Positions 51,325-62,500 of a stretch of 64,000 nucleotides of DNA are shown here, piece after piece. The stretch is from Phoronis australis (taxonomy: Eukaryota > Animalia > Phoronida), in the NCBI GenBank assembly GCA_002633005.1, contig NMRA01000375.1:332073-396072 (forward strand), written 5' to 3'. The notes below the pieces were generated by a model. It had not been told where the DNA came from. It saw only the letters and a program-made list of their open reading frames with translations, and ran no database searches. The position numbers were made by a program, and so were the translations under genes. The first letter of the stretch is position 1. The number at the start of each line of letters is the position of its first letter.

Positions 51325-51502
51325 GTGTTGCTACATTTTGTAAAAATCACGTGACCCCATTTAAGGCGGAAGATGGGTTGACAGGTCTAAAAGTTGACGC
51401 TGACTCAGTTGGTTGCTATGGTGACCTGTCAGACTTCACAGAGAAAGAGCTAAAGGCTCTTGACAATGAAGGACGCTGTGTAATAACTCAACACAAAATC
51501 AG
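51325..51502 (+). CDS. APEX2: AP endonuclease 2, exon 3
   Basis: GVATFCK..PFKAEDGLTG..LDNEGRCVITQH; ag|..|gtaatt; phase 1 to 2. Confidence 0.92.
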
Positions 51503-52760
51503 GTAATTTCAGGTGACAGCTTTCATTGCCTTCTTTATTAACGCCAACACTCCCCTTTAGGTGTCGGGCTATAAACTAAAGTTCAATGTCAAAAGCCAAC
51601 TCACAGATTTCCATCCCCATCCTGCGTAAAAAATAATTACGGATGGTCCGATACAGGCCGCTTTGGTGGGCCCATTGCACTGATCATTTGCAACCACTTT
51701 TATGCTTTATTGATATAGAGATAAAACTGATCTGAGAAGCTAGCTCGGCGGTTGAGCAGTGTGCCCCTGTGGGACTAGAGTCCACAACCTTGAGTAAATG
51801 AAGTGGAAACCCATGCCATTAATCCACAGTGCCTCTTCTTTATCTTGCATATGAGAATGCCATCCACACAACAGGACTTGTGATTTTAACTGACTTGAGC
51901 AAGAGTGATTCCTGCAGACAACTGGGGCTACAACAGTATGTTTTCTCCAGTACATATATTATCCTTGAGACAACACAGTTTCATCTGTGTAAAGTTGGCT
52001 TAAAGCCTGCTGACTCCTTTATTGATGTTTTCATGAACTCAACACATGAGGTAATGTACAGTACCAGTTTTGGACAAAAATGGCCAGAACTGACCCTTTT
52101 CATTTTTGAAAAATTTCTAACATTATTTTGTATGCTCACACTTTCTCAAAACATTGTCTGACGGTAGATTTGTGTGTCTTGGAACTTTAAAACGATAGAG
52201 CCTTCCTTTGGTGTTAATTTATCATTTACAATGAAATTTCACTTGTGTGCCACACTGCGCCCTAAACTGGTCATAGTTTACCCTACTGCTGACCTTTGCT
52301 AACAATTGTCATTAAATGTTCGGCTCTGTCAGTATGTTTACAAGACTTCTCCCTATCAGAAAAGTAAAAATCAACTCAATTCCATAACAGTGCTAGCCCT
52401 GGGGTCCATTTCATAAAAAAGTAACGTAAATAGTCCTAAAAGACTTAAAACAGAAATCAAGAAATAGTTCATAGAAGTTATCTCCCTAACTAGCAATAAT
52501 GCGCATGTTCTTAGAGATTTTTGGCTCAAGTGGGCTTTAATTATTTTTCAAAAATAGTTGTGAGGAGCATATTACCAAATTTCTGACTTAAAGCGTTGAG
52601 CGACCTTTCACAAAACAGGATTCAGACTATTCCTAGTGCTCGACCCTCTCACAACAAGCTCTTAAAGTACCATGTAATACAACCAGTCATCTGCTGCTAC
52701 TATTGGTGAGATGAATGAATAAGCCAGGTAAAGTCTGTGTACAATCAGGGCTTAAGAATA

Positions 52761-52820
52761 ATGCTTCCCATTGCTGTTCATACAAAATCGGATGCTTCCC
52801 ATTGCTGTTCATACAAAATC
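52761..52820 (+). repeat. Short direct duplication (~31-bp period)
   Basis: atgcttcccattgctgttcatacaaaatc twice. Confidence 0.8.
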
Positions 52821-53013
52821 TGATTCAGATCAGTCCCTGTTGAAATGGTTTATCAAGAGGTGTCTTAGGCTTCTTCTCTTTGAAGTTGCCTATGCACAGT
52901 GCAGGATAAACTTAAAGAAATTTTCGTTAACGAGATGTAATTAAAATTAACTTGATGTTTTAGTTACTCAATTTGAATTATGTTTCCACCATGAATTACT
53001 TGCCTGTTTGTAG

Positions 53014-53157
53014 CCACGCTAACAGGGACCAGGTACTGACGATCATCAACGTATACTGTCCACGCGCTGACCCTGACAAACCTGACAGGCTCACTTTCAA
53101 ACTGCAGTTCTACGAGCTGCTTCAGCGCCGTGCAGAAGAGCTCCTTAAGAATGGCAG
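53014..53157 (+). CDS. APEX2: AP endonuclease 2, exon 4
   Basis: LTIINVYCPRADPDKPDRLTFKLQFYELLQRRAE; tag|..|gtaaac; phase 2. Confidence 0.92.
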
Positions 53158-54304
53158 GTAAACATGGTACATCTGTAGCTTACCTGTTGGACGCTAGGGT
53201 TCCAGATAACGCATGGGTTGTGTTAAGTGCAAATTTAAATGTGGTTTTACAATGCTGATGTGTTTTTGTTGAGGGGTGCAAAGGTTGCAGTGCACACTTG
53301 CCCATTGAGCATGTTGAAACTCGATAGAATAGGTTTTTCATTGTTTGTGACATGTTGAGCAGGTGAAATTTACTTACTACAAGCATTTGTTTCGAAGGAT
53401 TCGAACATTCCCACCTCCAGTTAAGGATTTCTTCTGAATCAGTGAATGGATTTTGCGCTATTCAATCTCAGTAGCACACTCATGATGCAGTAAAAAGTAC
53501 AAATTTATTGATGTCATTGGATTGGAATTATGGGCAAGGTGCTGAACAATTTTATCTTTTCTTTTCAAGAGCAGACTACCTTGAGTGAGGCTCGTAATTT
53601 TCCTTTATAAGATGATTTCCTCTTTGTTGCTTTCGAGTTCCTCTTACTTGATTTCCAGTTTCCTCTTTCTTGTCTCTTTTGTCAGCATTTTGACTTTCTT
53701 GATGTAAAAACATTTCTTGTTGATAAATTTTACAAAAATACCTCTATCACAAATAAGTCTATTTATTTGTAAGACCATACGTCACCTGGAAAATTTTCCT
53801 CTATTTAGTTACAGTTCATTACAAGTCTTGCTTGATGTAAATAATGAAGAAGTACCCAATGATGTTTTGAGACAGACAAAATAATCTTACGTTAATAATG
53901 AAGTACGATAAAATCTCGCTAATTTTGGGACAAAAAGTTAGTGCCAAAAATTGCCCTTTTATCATTTTTGAAGGTCTTTTTACATTGTTCTGAGTGCCTT
54001 GAAGTTTTCATTTTTGTGATGGTAGATATACTGTAACTCAGAACTTGACCATTCTAAAGCATTAAACTATTACTTCATATATTTTTATGAAAAAATGAAA
54101 AAAAATCATGTATCGGCCATATTGTGTTCTACAAAAGGGGTGAGACGTTACCATATAGTTGTCTGTAGGTTTGTTTTTTGTGTATTTCTGCTTAATTGTT
54201 TACTAAAACAGACTAGCAGTTACCATAACTCTTGGTCACAGAGACATGCCATGTCACTCATGTGAATCATTCCTAACTCTCACTCTGCTTGTTGTATGTT
54301 ACAG

Positions 54305-54377
54305 CCATGTGATTGTACTTGGTGACGTCAACACTTCACACAGACCTATAGATCACTGTGATCCCGACGCTGATCCC
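54305..54377 (+). CDS. APEX2: AP endonuclease 2, exon 5
   Basis: HVIVLGDVNTSHRPIDHCDP (catalytic GDxN); acag|..|gtaagt; ends phase 0. Confidence 0.92.
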
Positions 54378-54607
54378 GTAAGTTGAATCTGTGTGAGAAA
54401 AGATGAATTTTATTTGAGGTAATTGGTTACCTTTGTTAACAAGGATCGATTTAACAATTAATTGTAGTCATCACAGAATCTTATGTGCACAAAAGCAATG
54501 ACCAGAATATTAATATTAATATTAATAATAATCAAATAACTGAGATATTAAAGAAGTGTGACCCTTGCTAGCGAAGGTGTCCTATTGCCTTAAAGGCGAA
54601 GGCAACC

Positions 54608-55879
54608 TTTTTATGCGCCCACATATTTATATGTGGACGCATTATGCCGTTAGCTCTGTCCGTCTGGGCGGCGTCCGTCCGGCGTCCGCTGCTCTATCTC
54701 CAAAACCCTTTGACATACGTTCATGAAATGTGGCATATATGTCCCATTCATGAATGGGACGGCATGTGCGAACCTTCGGACGGATCTGACTACCGGTGTG
54801 CCCCCTAGTGGCAATTTTAGTTTTTTACGCTTACCTTTGTTTCTTCAAAAGTCTTGAACCGATTTTCATGAAATTTGGTATGTAGGCACCTATTAGTGAG
54901 ATGACCCTATCCTGCCGTTTTCAGGTGGATTCGGCATAGTTTGCGCCACCTAGTGGCCATTTTTAGTGTTTTGGAGTCTGTTTTTGTGCGTCCACCCCTC
55001 TATCAACCAAAGCGCTCAAAGGATGATTGTGAAAATTGGCATGTATATGCTTATCATGTAGAGGACGGCGATTTCGACTACTGTGGCGCCTCCTAGTGGC
55101 AGTTTTGTTTTTTTTGCGCCTATGGCTGTATCTCCTAAAACGTTCGCAAGATCTTTACGAAATCGTGTAAGTATATTTATATGATGTTAACAACAGAAGA
55201 TGACGACTTTTGGACGGATCAGACTACCGGTGTGCCCCCTAGTGGCAATTTAATTTTTTTTACGCTTACCTTTGTATCTTCAAAAGTCCTTAACGGATTT
55301 TCATGAAATTTGGTATGTAGGCACCTATTAGTGCGATGATGCTATCCTCCCGTTTTCGGATGGATTCGACCTAGTTTGCGACACGCAGTAGCCATTTTTA
55401 CTGTTTTTGAGTCTGTTTTTTTGGCGTCCACTCCTCTATCAACCAAACCGCTCTAAGTATGATTGTGAAAATCGGGCATGTATGTTCTTACTATGAAGAG
55501 GACGGTTGACGCTGAATTTCCCATGACTTTGATTACTGTGGCGCCTCCTAGTGGCATTTTTTTGCGCCCATGGCTGTATCTCCCAAACCGTTTGCAGGAT
55601 GTTTACTAAATTTATGGTGGTAAATTTGTTTTGAATTCTATGTTTTTGTGGTTCTTTAAGCAACTGATGTATATGATGTGCTTGTATTATGAAGATCACT
55701 CACACTTTGCCCCTAGCCTATTGAGGAGACAATGACCATGCCTTTCCATTTTGCAAAGTACAACATACTACATATATATCCTCTACTGGCCACTTTATGG
55801 TACCAGTAAACAACCCTAGAAGTATACCGTATACGGTGCAATTGTGGGCGCATTTCAACGCTCTGCGTTGCTCTTGTTT
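54608..55879 (+). mobile_element. HINE-like satellite-bearing element, copy 2, inserted in the T-run of the Kolobok left TIR
   Basis: ATGCGCCCAC 54613-54622 / GTGGGCGCAT 55844-55853; hairpin CAACGC-tct-GCGTTG; terminal CTCTTGTT; removing it restores the TIR with no TSD. Confidence 0.88.
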
Positions 55880-56124
55880 AAGTCGCTTTTAGCAAAAATA
55901 AGGTTCGTCGATTATCCCAGACACATTTTTCACTTAATTACAGCTTTTCGTAATTTGATCAATTTCTCCTTCTCTACTCCGGAAGTGACGTTTTGGGAGG
56001 CAAGAGTTTCGCGCCAATTTCTTTTCATTATATTCTGACTGTGATGGCTGTTGAGTCACTCATTGTTCTACCTCGGTTGTGATAAGTTCGGTAGTCGTTT
56101 GCTTTTGTTTACAAGTCTGTCAAC

Positions 56125-56865
56125 ATGCCACACTGTTGCTGCGTGCCAGGATGTACTCATTCTCGTCTCACACGTGCTTTGGGTACCTTGCGTCGCTTTC
56201 CGAAGGATGACACACTTCGCCGTACTTGGCTAGCTCGTTCATGTGAAGAACTCGGCGCTACCCGTCCACACAACGTAAAAAGCAGTGGAGGGTTACCAAG
56301 TGTGTGGCAAGCATTTTCTGCCGTCAGATTTTGACAGAGATATGTACGCTGAATTGATGAAGGTCCCTGTGAAACAACGCCTGAAGAAGGGTACCATACC
56401 GACGCTGTTGATTCCCCGGAGTGCCCCGTCGCCAACCCCGAGAAGTGCTTTTTGAAGCGAGAAGCCTCGCGAGCTGTGGCCACTATATGCAGTGACTGGA
56501 GGCACTTCATCTACTGTCACCCGTGCCTCCGAACGTACCCCATTACGTGCAATTCTGGGAATTAGCAGTGATTCGCCATGTGCTGTTGTCTTCAGCCCAG
56601 AGCCTGTAGGCAGCCCTGCAGCGATGTTGAGTAGTGGGAGTAAATACAGGCCCAGTTCGACACCCAGTGAAGAGGACAGTTCATCATCCAATGAACAGAT
56701 CGGTGAGCCTAAGTTTGATAAGTTTATTGTGGACTTGTGTTGGAGCTATTTAGAAGGTGCCAGGTGTGTGGCGAGGGAGTCACATGGCGGGATCTAAGCA
56801 GGTGCTCAGATCACCCTCCAGTGCAAGTGTGTCGCGGGACATGCGGGCAAGTGGGACAGTTCTTC
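56125..56865 (+). pseudogene. Frameshifted THAP domain and N-terminal Kolobok transposase fragment
   Basis: MPHCCCVPGC..RFPKD..RRTWL then (other frame) VCGKHF..RLKKGTIPTL; downstream KFIVD..CQVCG..CVAGH..WDSS Cys/His motif. Confidence 0.8.
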
Positions 56866-57548
56866 CTCTGTACGTGAGACAATAATGAGTACACCCCAGT
56901 ACGCAGCAACAGCGTGGCATGTTGACTGACTCATAAGCAAAAGCAAACGACGACCGAACTTATCACAACCGAGGTAGAACAATGACTGACTCGACTGCTC
57001 TCACAGTCAGACTATATGAAAAGAAAATGACACGAAATTCTTGCCTCCCAAAACGTCACTTCCAGAGTAGACGACGAGTAAGTAATTAAATTACGAAAAG
57101 CAGTAAATAAGTGAAAAATATGTCTGGGATAATCAACGAACCTCATTTTTGCTGAAAATGACATGAAAAAAGGTTGCCTTCGCCTTTAAAAACTTTGAGT
57201 CTTCCTGAATTTTTGTTGAGGAAAGCACGATTACTGATTTTGGGATGAATCTGCAATAAGGTGGCATCCCTAGTGGCAATTTAGGTTGTCTTTGCACCTA
57301 GTTCCAGGATACACCTTCATGCCAAATAACTTTCTTTGAACGAGACAGTGGAACCCCTTAGTGGCAAATTGCTGTTAAAATATTTGTCTTTTTGACTTCC
57401 ACCTTCTTTTCACCAAACTGTGTTGTTGCGTCCACAATCGACAGTTTTATTTTTTATGTTTGCCTTGATATCTATCAAGTTCTTGTTGTTGGATATTTAT
57501 GAAATTTGGAATGTCTGATCATTGCAAAGAGAGCACAATTGCTATTAA

Positions 57549-58151
57549 AGGAGAATGCCATTAGTCTTTTGTACCGTCTTAATCGGTCGAGGTTTAGTTT
57601 CCAACTCAAGCTGGTTTATGTTCGTGGCAGTCCCGGCGGCCGCGACGGGGCTGATCGGGTTCCGAGCGTTTTGTGTGTTTAGAACTCAAAAAACACAAGC
57701 ATAAACAACACAGATCTAGGTTCTCCTGTCTTTACTTGACGGAAAAATACTTCGAATTTATCTTCGAACAGACCCCAAACTCCTGCTACGGACCTTGGTA
57801 AATTGGCCTGCCGAACTTTGCCTAGGCTACCTACGGAGTGTCCAAATACCAATAAATCTGTAACAGCGAAATAAAACAACACGTTTTATAAGAACTCAGT
57901 GTATTTTTAAGGGTTTTACATCGAAGTTTGATGATTTATTGGTGTTAAACGATGAATTCAAGCGGTAAGCTGACACCAGTAACCAGTGTTGTGAATTGCT
58001 GAACAGACTGCGTGTGAAACCAATTACGTCATTGGATAATTTCAACACCTCCGTCTGCTGTCAGGTAACGCAACCGAACGTGCCGTTATGGAGTAGAACT
58101 ACTTGATCTACATTGTCACAAAATAGGTTGTTTTTTGGGTGGCATTCTCCT
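57549..58151. mobile_element. Kolobok-type element (copy B), deletion derivative of the family at 9400-10808
   Basis: TTAA at 57545-57548 and 58152-58155; AGGAGAATGCCA / TGGCATTCTCCT; 57865-58151 closely matches 10523-10808. Confidence 0.88.
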
Positions 58152-58367
58152 TTAATGTACTGTTGCTCCCCATTGTGGCAGTTTTTGTGCCACCTCAATA
58201 CCTACCAGGTCCTTTTTTTCATCATTATGAAGATGGAACAGCTGGTGTTGATTTTTAGATGGGACTGGCTACTGTGGTCCTCTCTTGTGGCAGTTTAGCT
58301 TTTCCTTGTGTCTGCCTCAATATCTATAAAGTTCTTTGATCATTCATCTTGAAATTTGGCATCTGAG

Positions 58368-60568
58368 TTTTCATGTGTCCCCATACTTATATGTGGATAT
58401 ATTATGCCGTCATCTCTGTCCGTCCGTCGGTCCAGCATCCTTCGGGCGTCCGCTGCTCTATCTCCAAAACTGCTTGACGCATGTTCATGAAGTTTGGCAC
58501 ATGTGTTGCATTTATGGATGGGATGGCATGAGCGAACTTTCGGACGGATCCGACTACTGGTGTGCCCCCTAGTGGCAATTTTAGTTTTTTATGTTTACCT
58601 CTGTATCTTCAAAGGTCCTCAATGTGTTTCCATAAAATTTGTTACATAGGCACCTATTTGTGAGATGACAATTTCCTCCTGTTTTCGGATGGATTCGACG
58701 TTTGCGCCACCTAGTGGCCATTTTTACGGTTTTCGGGTATGTTTTTTGGCGTCCACTCTTTTAGCAACCAAACTGCTCTGAGAATGATTGTGAAAATTGG
58801 CATTATGTTTTTAGTATGAAGAGGACGGCTGACGATGAATTTCAGACGATTTTCGACTACTGTGGCGCCTCCTAGTGGCAGTTTTGTTCATTTTGCGCCT
58901 AGGGCTGTATCTCCTAAACCCTTTGCAAGATCGTTTTTAAATTTAGCAAGTATATTGATATGATGTTGACAAATGACGATGATGACTTTCGGACGGATCC
59001 CACTACCGGTGTACTCCCTAGTGGCAATTTTAGTTTCTTACGTTTACCGCTGTATCTTCAAATGTCCTCAACATACTTTCTTAAAATTTGGTATAGAGGC
59101 ATGTATTAGTGAGATGACGATTTCCTCCCATTTTCGGATGGATTCAACGTAGTGTGTGCCACCTAGTGCCATTTTTACGGTTTTCGGGTATGTTTTTGGG
59201 GTGTCCACCCCTCTGTCAACCAAACTACTTCAATGATGATTGTGAATATTGGCATGTATGTTCTAACTATGAAGAGGACGACTGACGATGATTTTCCGAT
59301 GACTTCCGACTACTGTGGCGCCTCCTAGTTGCAGTTTTGTTCATTTTGCGCCTAGGGCCGTATCTCCTAAACCGTTTGCAGGTTCGTTACTAAATTTAGC
59401 AAGTGTATTGATATGATGTTGACAACGGACGACGACGACTTTCGGACACATCTGACTACTGGTGTGCCCCCTAGTGGCAATTTTAGTTTTTTGTGTTTAC
59501 CTGTGAGTTGTTAAAGTTCCTTCACATATTTTCATAAAATGTGGCATATAGGCATTTATTAGTAAGATGATGCTATCCTTCCGTTTTCAGATGGATTCAA
59601 CGTAGTTTGCGCCACCTAGTGGCCATTTCTACTGTTTTCGAGTTCGTTTTTTGGCATCCACCCCTTTATCAACCAAACCACTCTGATGATTGTGAAAATT
59701 GGAATGTATGTTCTTACTACAAAAGGACAGCTGACGATGATTTTCCAACCTCTGTGGCCCCACCTAGTGGCAGTGTTGTTTTTTTGCGCCTATGGCTGTA
59801 TCTCCTAAAGCGTTTGCAGGATCTTTACTAATTTATCAAGTTTACGACGACTTTCAAGCGGATATGGCTATCGGTGTGCCGTCTTGTGGCAATTTTAGTT
59901 TTTACGTTTTCCTCTGTATCTCCAAAGATTGTCATCGGATTTTCTTAAAATTTTGAACATAGGCTTGTTTTAGTGAGGTGACGCTATTCTCCTGTTTTCA
60001 GATGGAATCAAGGTATTTTGTGCCACCTAGTGTCCATTTTTGCTGTTTTCAAGTCTTTTTTTAGCATCCACTGCTCAATCAACCAAACCATTCTACAGAT
60101 GGTTTTGAAAATTATTGTATATGTTCTCAGTGTTAAGAAGACAGTTCATGATGACGACTTTGACTACTGTGGCATCTCGTAGTGATAGTTTGTTTTGTTT
60201 TGTTTTGCGCCCATAGCTGTATCTCCTGAAGTCACTACAGAATCTTTATTAAATTTAGTTTAGTGTGTTTATATGAAGCTAACAACAGACAACAACTTTC
60301 AGGTGGATCCAACGAATGCTGTGCCCCCTAGTAGCAATTTCATTTTATTCCATTTTCCTTTGTTTCTCTGTAGTTCCTTGACAGGTTTTTATGGAATTTG
60401 GTGAATAGCTTTCTATTAAAGAAGCAATGACTTGTTCCTTTTCTCGAATGGATTGAACAATTTTGCTCCATCTAGTGGTCATTTTTATGATACAAATAAA
60501 GGATGGTTGAAGCACACCATTTGCGTTGTATTCGTTGGCGCATTTCAACGCTCCACGTTGCTCTTGTT
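58368..60568 (+). mobile_element. HINE-like satellite-bearing element, copy 3 (about 14 monomers)
   Basis: Decayed 5' subTIR atgtgtcccc, GTCC-type tract, CTAGTGG cores at 58569, 58711, 58872, 59018, 59163, 59325, 59471, 59616, 59764, ~59884, 60027, ~60179, 60328, 60472; 3' gttggcgcat-ttcaacgctccacgttg-ctcttgtt. Confidence 0.88.
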
Positions 60569-61342
60569 ATTGAAGAAAGCATGTTTGGTGTTGATGTTTG
60601 TGCGTACTGTGAGGCCCTCTAGTGGCAAGTTATTTACCTGCCTGAATATCTACCAAATTCTTCATTGATCCTTATGAAATTTGAGCTACATGTTCCTAAT
60701 GAGGAGAGCACATCTGGTGTTGATACAGACCACAAGAACTTGACAAGTTAAGAAGAAAAGATTGCCACACATAGAATATTTCGAATCTTGTGCGAGCAGA
60801 TATATTTTTTCTGAACTGTCCTGTCATTGACAGAACTACTGTTGAGCAAGCGAATGCATCACCCTTACGAACAAGAATCCACTTCTACAGGAACATTGGG
60901 AACCCGTGACTTCCTTTGCTCAATTTAGTCACTCTACTCTTTCAAGAAGCTAATCCGTATACGATTATCTGTATCGAGGTTATAAGACTTGGTTCTGGGA
61001 TTACTCAAGTTTTGCAGTTATAAAATCTGACAGTGAATGCCTTTAAACTGATTCTGACTTCTAGGGGGCGCTTCTAATCATTCACGGGGAATTTTTCGTC
61101 CTTGCGAGGGGAATTTCACACGCTTTTTAATTGTATTTCAGAAGAGAATGAAACGGATGTTAGGTCCTAAGATTGAGCTACGGAAGGCCCTGTGAGTTCT
61201 ATGTTTCTACTCAGATCTGGTTTCAAGAGTCAGTGGATTCAATCTACTTGGTTCTTTGTAGACTTCATAGACTGAAGACTGACTGTGTGTTTTTCTATGC
61301 TGCATTGGGGTGTCATATAGTTTCTGTTATCTTTGCTTTCAG

Positions 61343-62500
61343 GAGTTCCTTTATCAGCCGGGAAGAAAGTGGATGGATCAATTCTTGTACGACAGTAATA
61401 AGCCCACCGCTGATAATGATAAAGTATCGGAAAAGGCACAGGGTGGGCACTTTATTGACACATTCCGCCTCTTTCACCCAGACCAAATAGAGGCCTTCAC
61501 CTGTTGGACGACTTTGACATCTGCCCGTCAAACTAATTACGGCACTCGCATTGACTATATATTCGCCAACAGAGACTTAGCACAGATGGTATTTAAAGAC
61601 TGTGTCATTCGTCCTGACGTATTCGGTTCAGATCACTGTCCTGTTGTTGCCACTTTAAATTGTGAAGAAATCGCAGCCACCAGGTGTCCTCACGGTTGTG
61701 TGAAATATTTGCCCGAGTTGGCAGGTAAGCAGAAGAAGTTATCAGCGTTCTTCAAAAAAGGTGACAAAAATAGTGTCCTTTCTGCGTTTGACAAACTACC
61801 TGTGAGTGAGGGGTCAGAGGTCACTTCAAAAAGCGGTGTGAAACGGAGTTTGAGTCGAGACGATAGTGCAACCAAACGAGTTAAAACAAATGGAAAGAGT
61901 CAAACAAGTGTAATGAATTTCTTTACCAAGAAGCCCAACTCTCTCCAGCCAAAGGTAGCAATAGAAGGAAATGGTTGTGAGAGACCATGTCAGGAATCAC
62001 ATCGGGACCCACACTGTCTCGTCAGCATCCAAGGTATCAGTGAAGTATCCTCTCAAAGTGCCAGTCAGTGCACCCTGGACGATCTGAGTCAAACTTCTAG
62101 TTGTGAGTCAAGTCAAAGTCTGAGTCAGGAATCTATGAAGTCAACTGACAGTGTTGACCGTGTGCTCACGTTGCGCCAAGACACGTCTACTGACAGTCAG
62201 AAGGACGCTCGGTCTGCCCTTGTGAAATCTGCACAAAAGTCTGTGAGTAACCAATGGAAGGAATTGTTCAAAGGCCCCCCGCCGGCTCCTAAGTGCAAAG
62301 GACACAATGAGCCGTGTGTGTTAAGAACTGTAAAAAAGGAAACACTGAACAAAGGGAGGCAATTCTGGGTGTGTGCTCGACCCCAGGGTCAAAGTTCAAA
62401 TAAAGAGGCCCGTTGTGATTTCTTTTTATGGGTGGAAAAGAAAAAGGGAAGTGGTCAAAAACTGTCGACCAAGTCATATCTTGGTCACGTGGTCAAGTGA
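61343..62500 (+). CDS. APEX2: AP endonuclease 2, exon 6 (end of EEP domain, PIP box, zf-GRF)
   Basis: FIDTFR..AFTCW..NYGTRIDYIF..GSDHCPV; QKKLSAFF; PKCKGHNEPC..KKETLNKGRQFWVCARP..CDFFLW. Six exons join in frame to 583 aa. Confidence 0.95.
   Translation, partial: EFLYQPGRKWMDQFLYDSNKPTADNDKVSEKAQGGHFIDTFRLFHPDQIEAFTCWTTLTSARQTNYGTRIDYIFANRDLAQMVFKDCVIRPDVFGSDHCPVVATLNCEEIAATRCPHGCVKYLPELAGKQKKLSAFFKKGDKNSVLSAFDKLPVSEGSEVTSKSGVKRSLSRDDSATKRVKTNGKSQTSVMNFFTKKPNSLQPKVAIEGNGCERPCQESHRDPHCLVSIQGISEVSSQSASQCTLDDLSQTSSCESSQSLSQESMKSTDSVDRVLTLRQDTSTDSQKDARSALVKSAQKSVSNQWKELFKGPPPAPKCKGHNEPCVLRTVKKETLNKGRQFWVCARPQGQSSNKEARCDFFLWVEKKKGSGQKLSTKSYLGHVVK

Larger units (their letters stand above)
54594..57185 (+). 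mobile_element. Kolobok internal-deletion derivative with ~300-bp TIRs and THAP/transposase remnant (copy C)
   Basis: TTAA at 54590-54593 and 57186-57189; ends AGGCGAAGGCAACCTTTTT / AAAAAGGTTGCCTTCGCCT; 55880-~56175 is the inverted copy of ~56870-57165. Confidence 0.88.

Noticed and set aside
51740-51815. tRNA-like start TAGCTCGGCGGTTGAGC
   Set aside because: No cloverleaf or intact B box; at most a decayed SINE head.
58569-60480. CRISPR-like look (conserved word with variable intervening sequence)
   Set aside because: Intervening segments repeat every third unit (higher-order satellite), context is a eukaryotic intron, and no cas genes are present.
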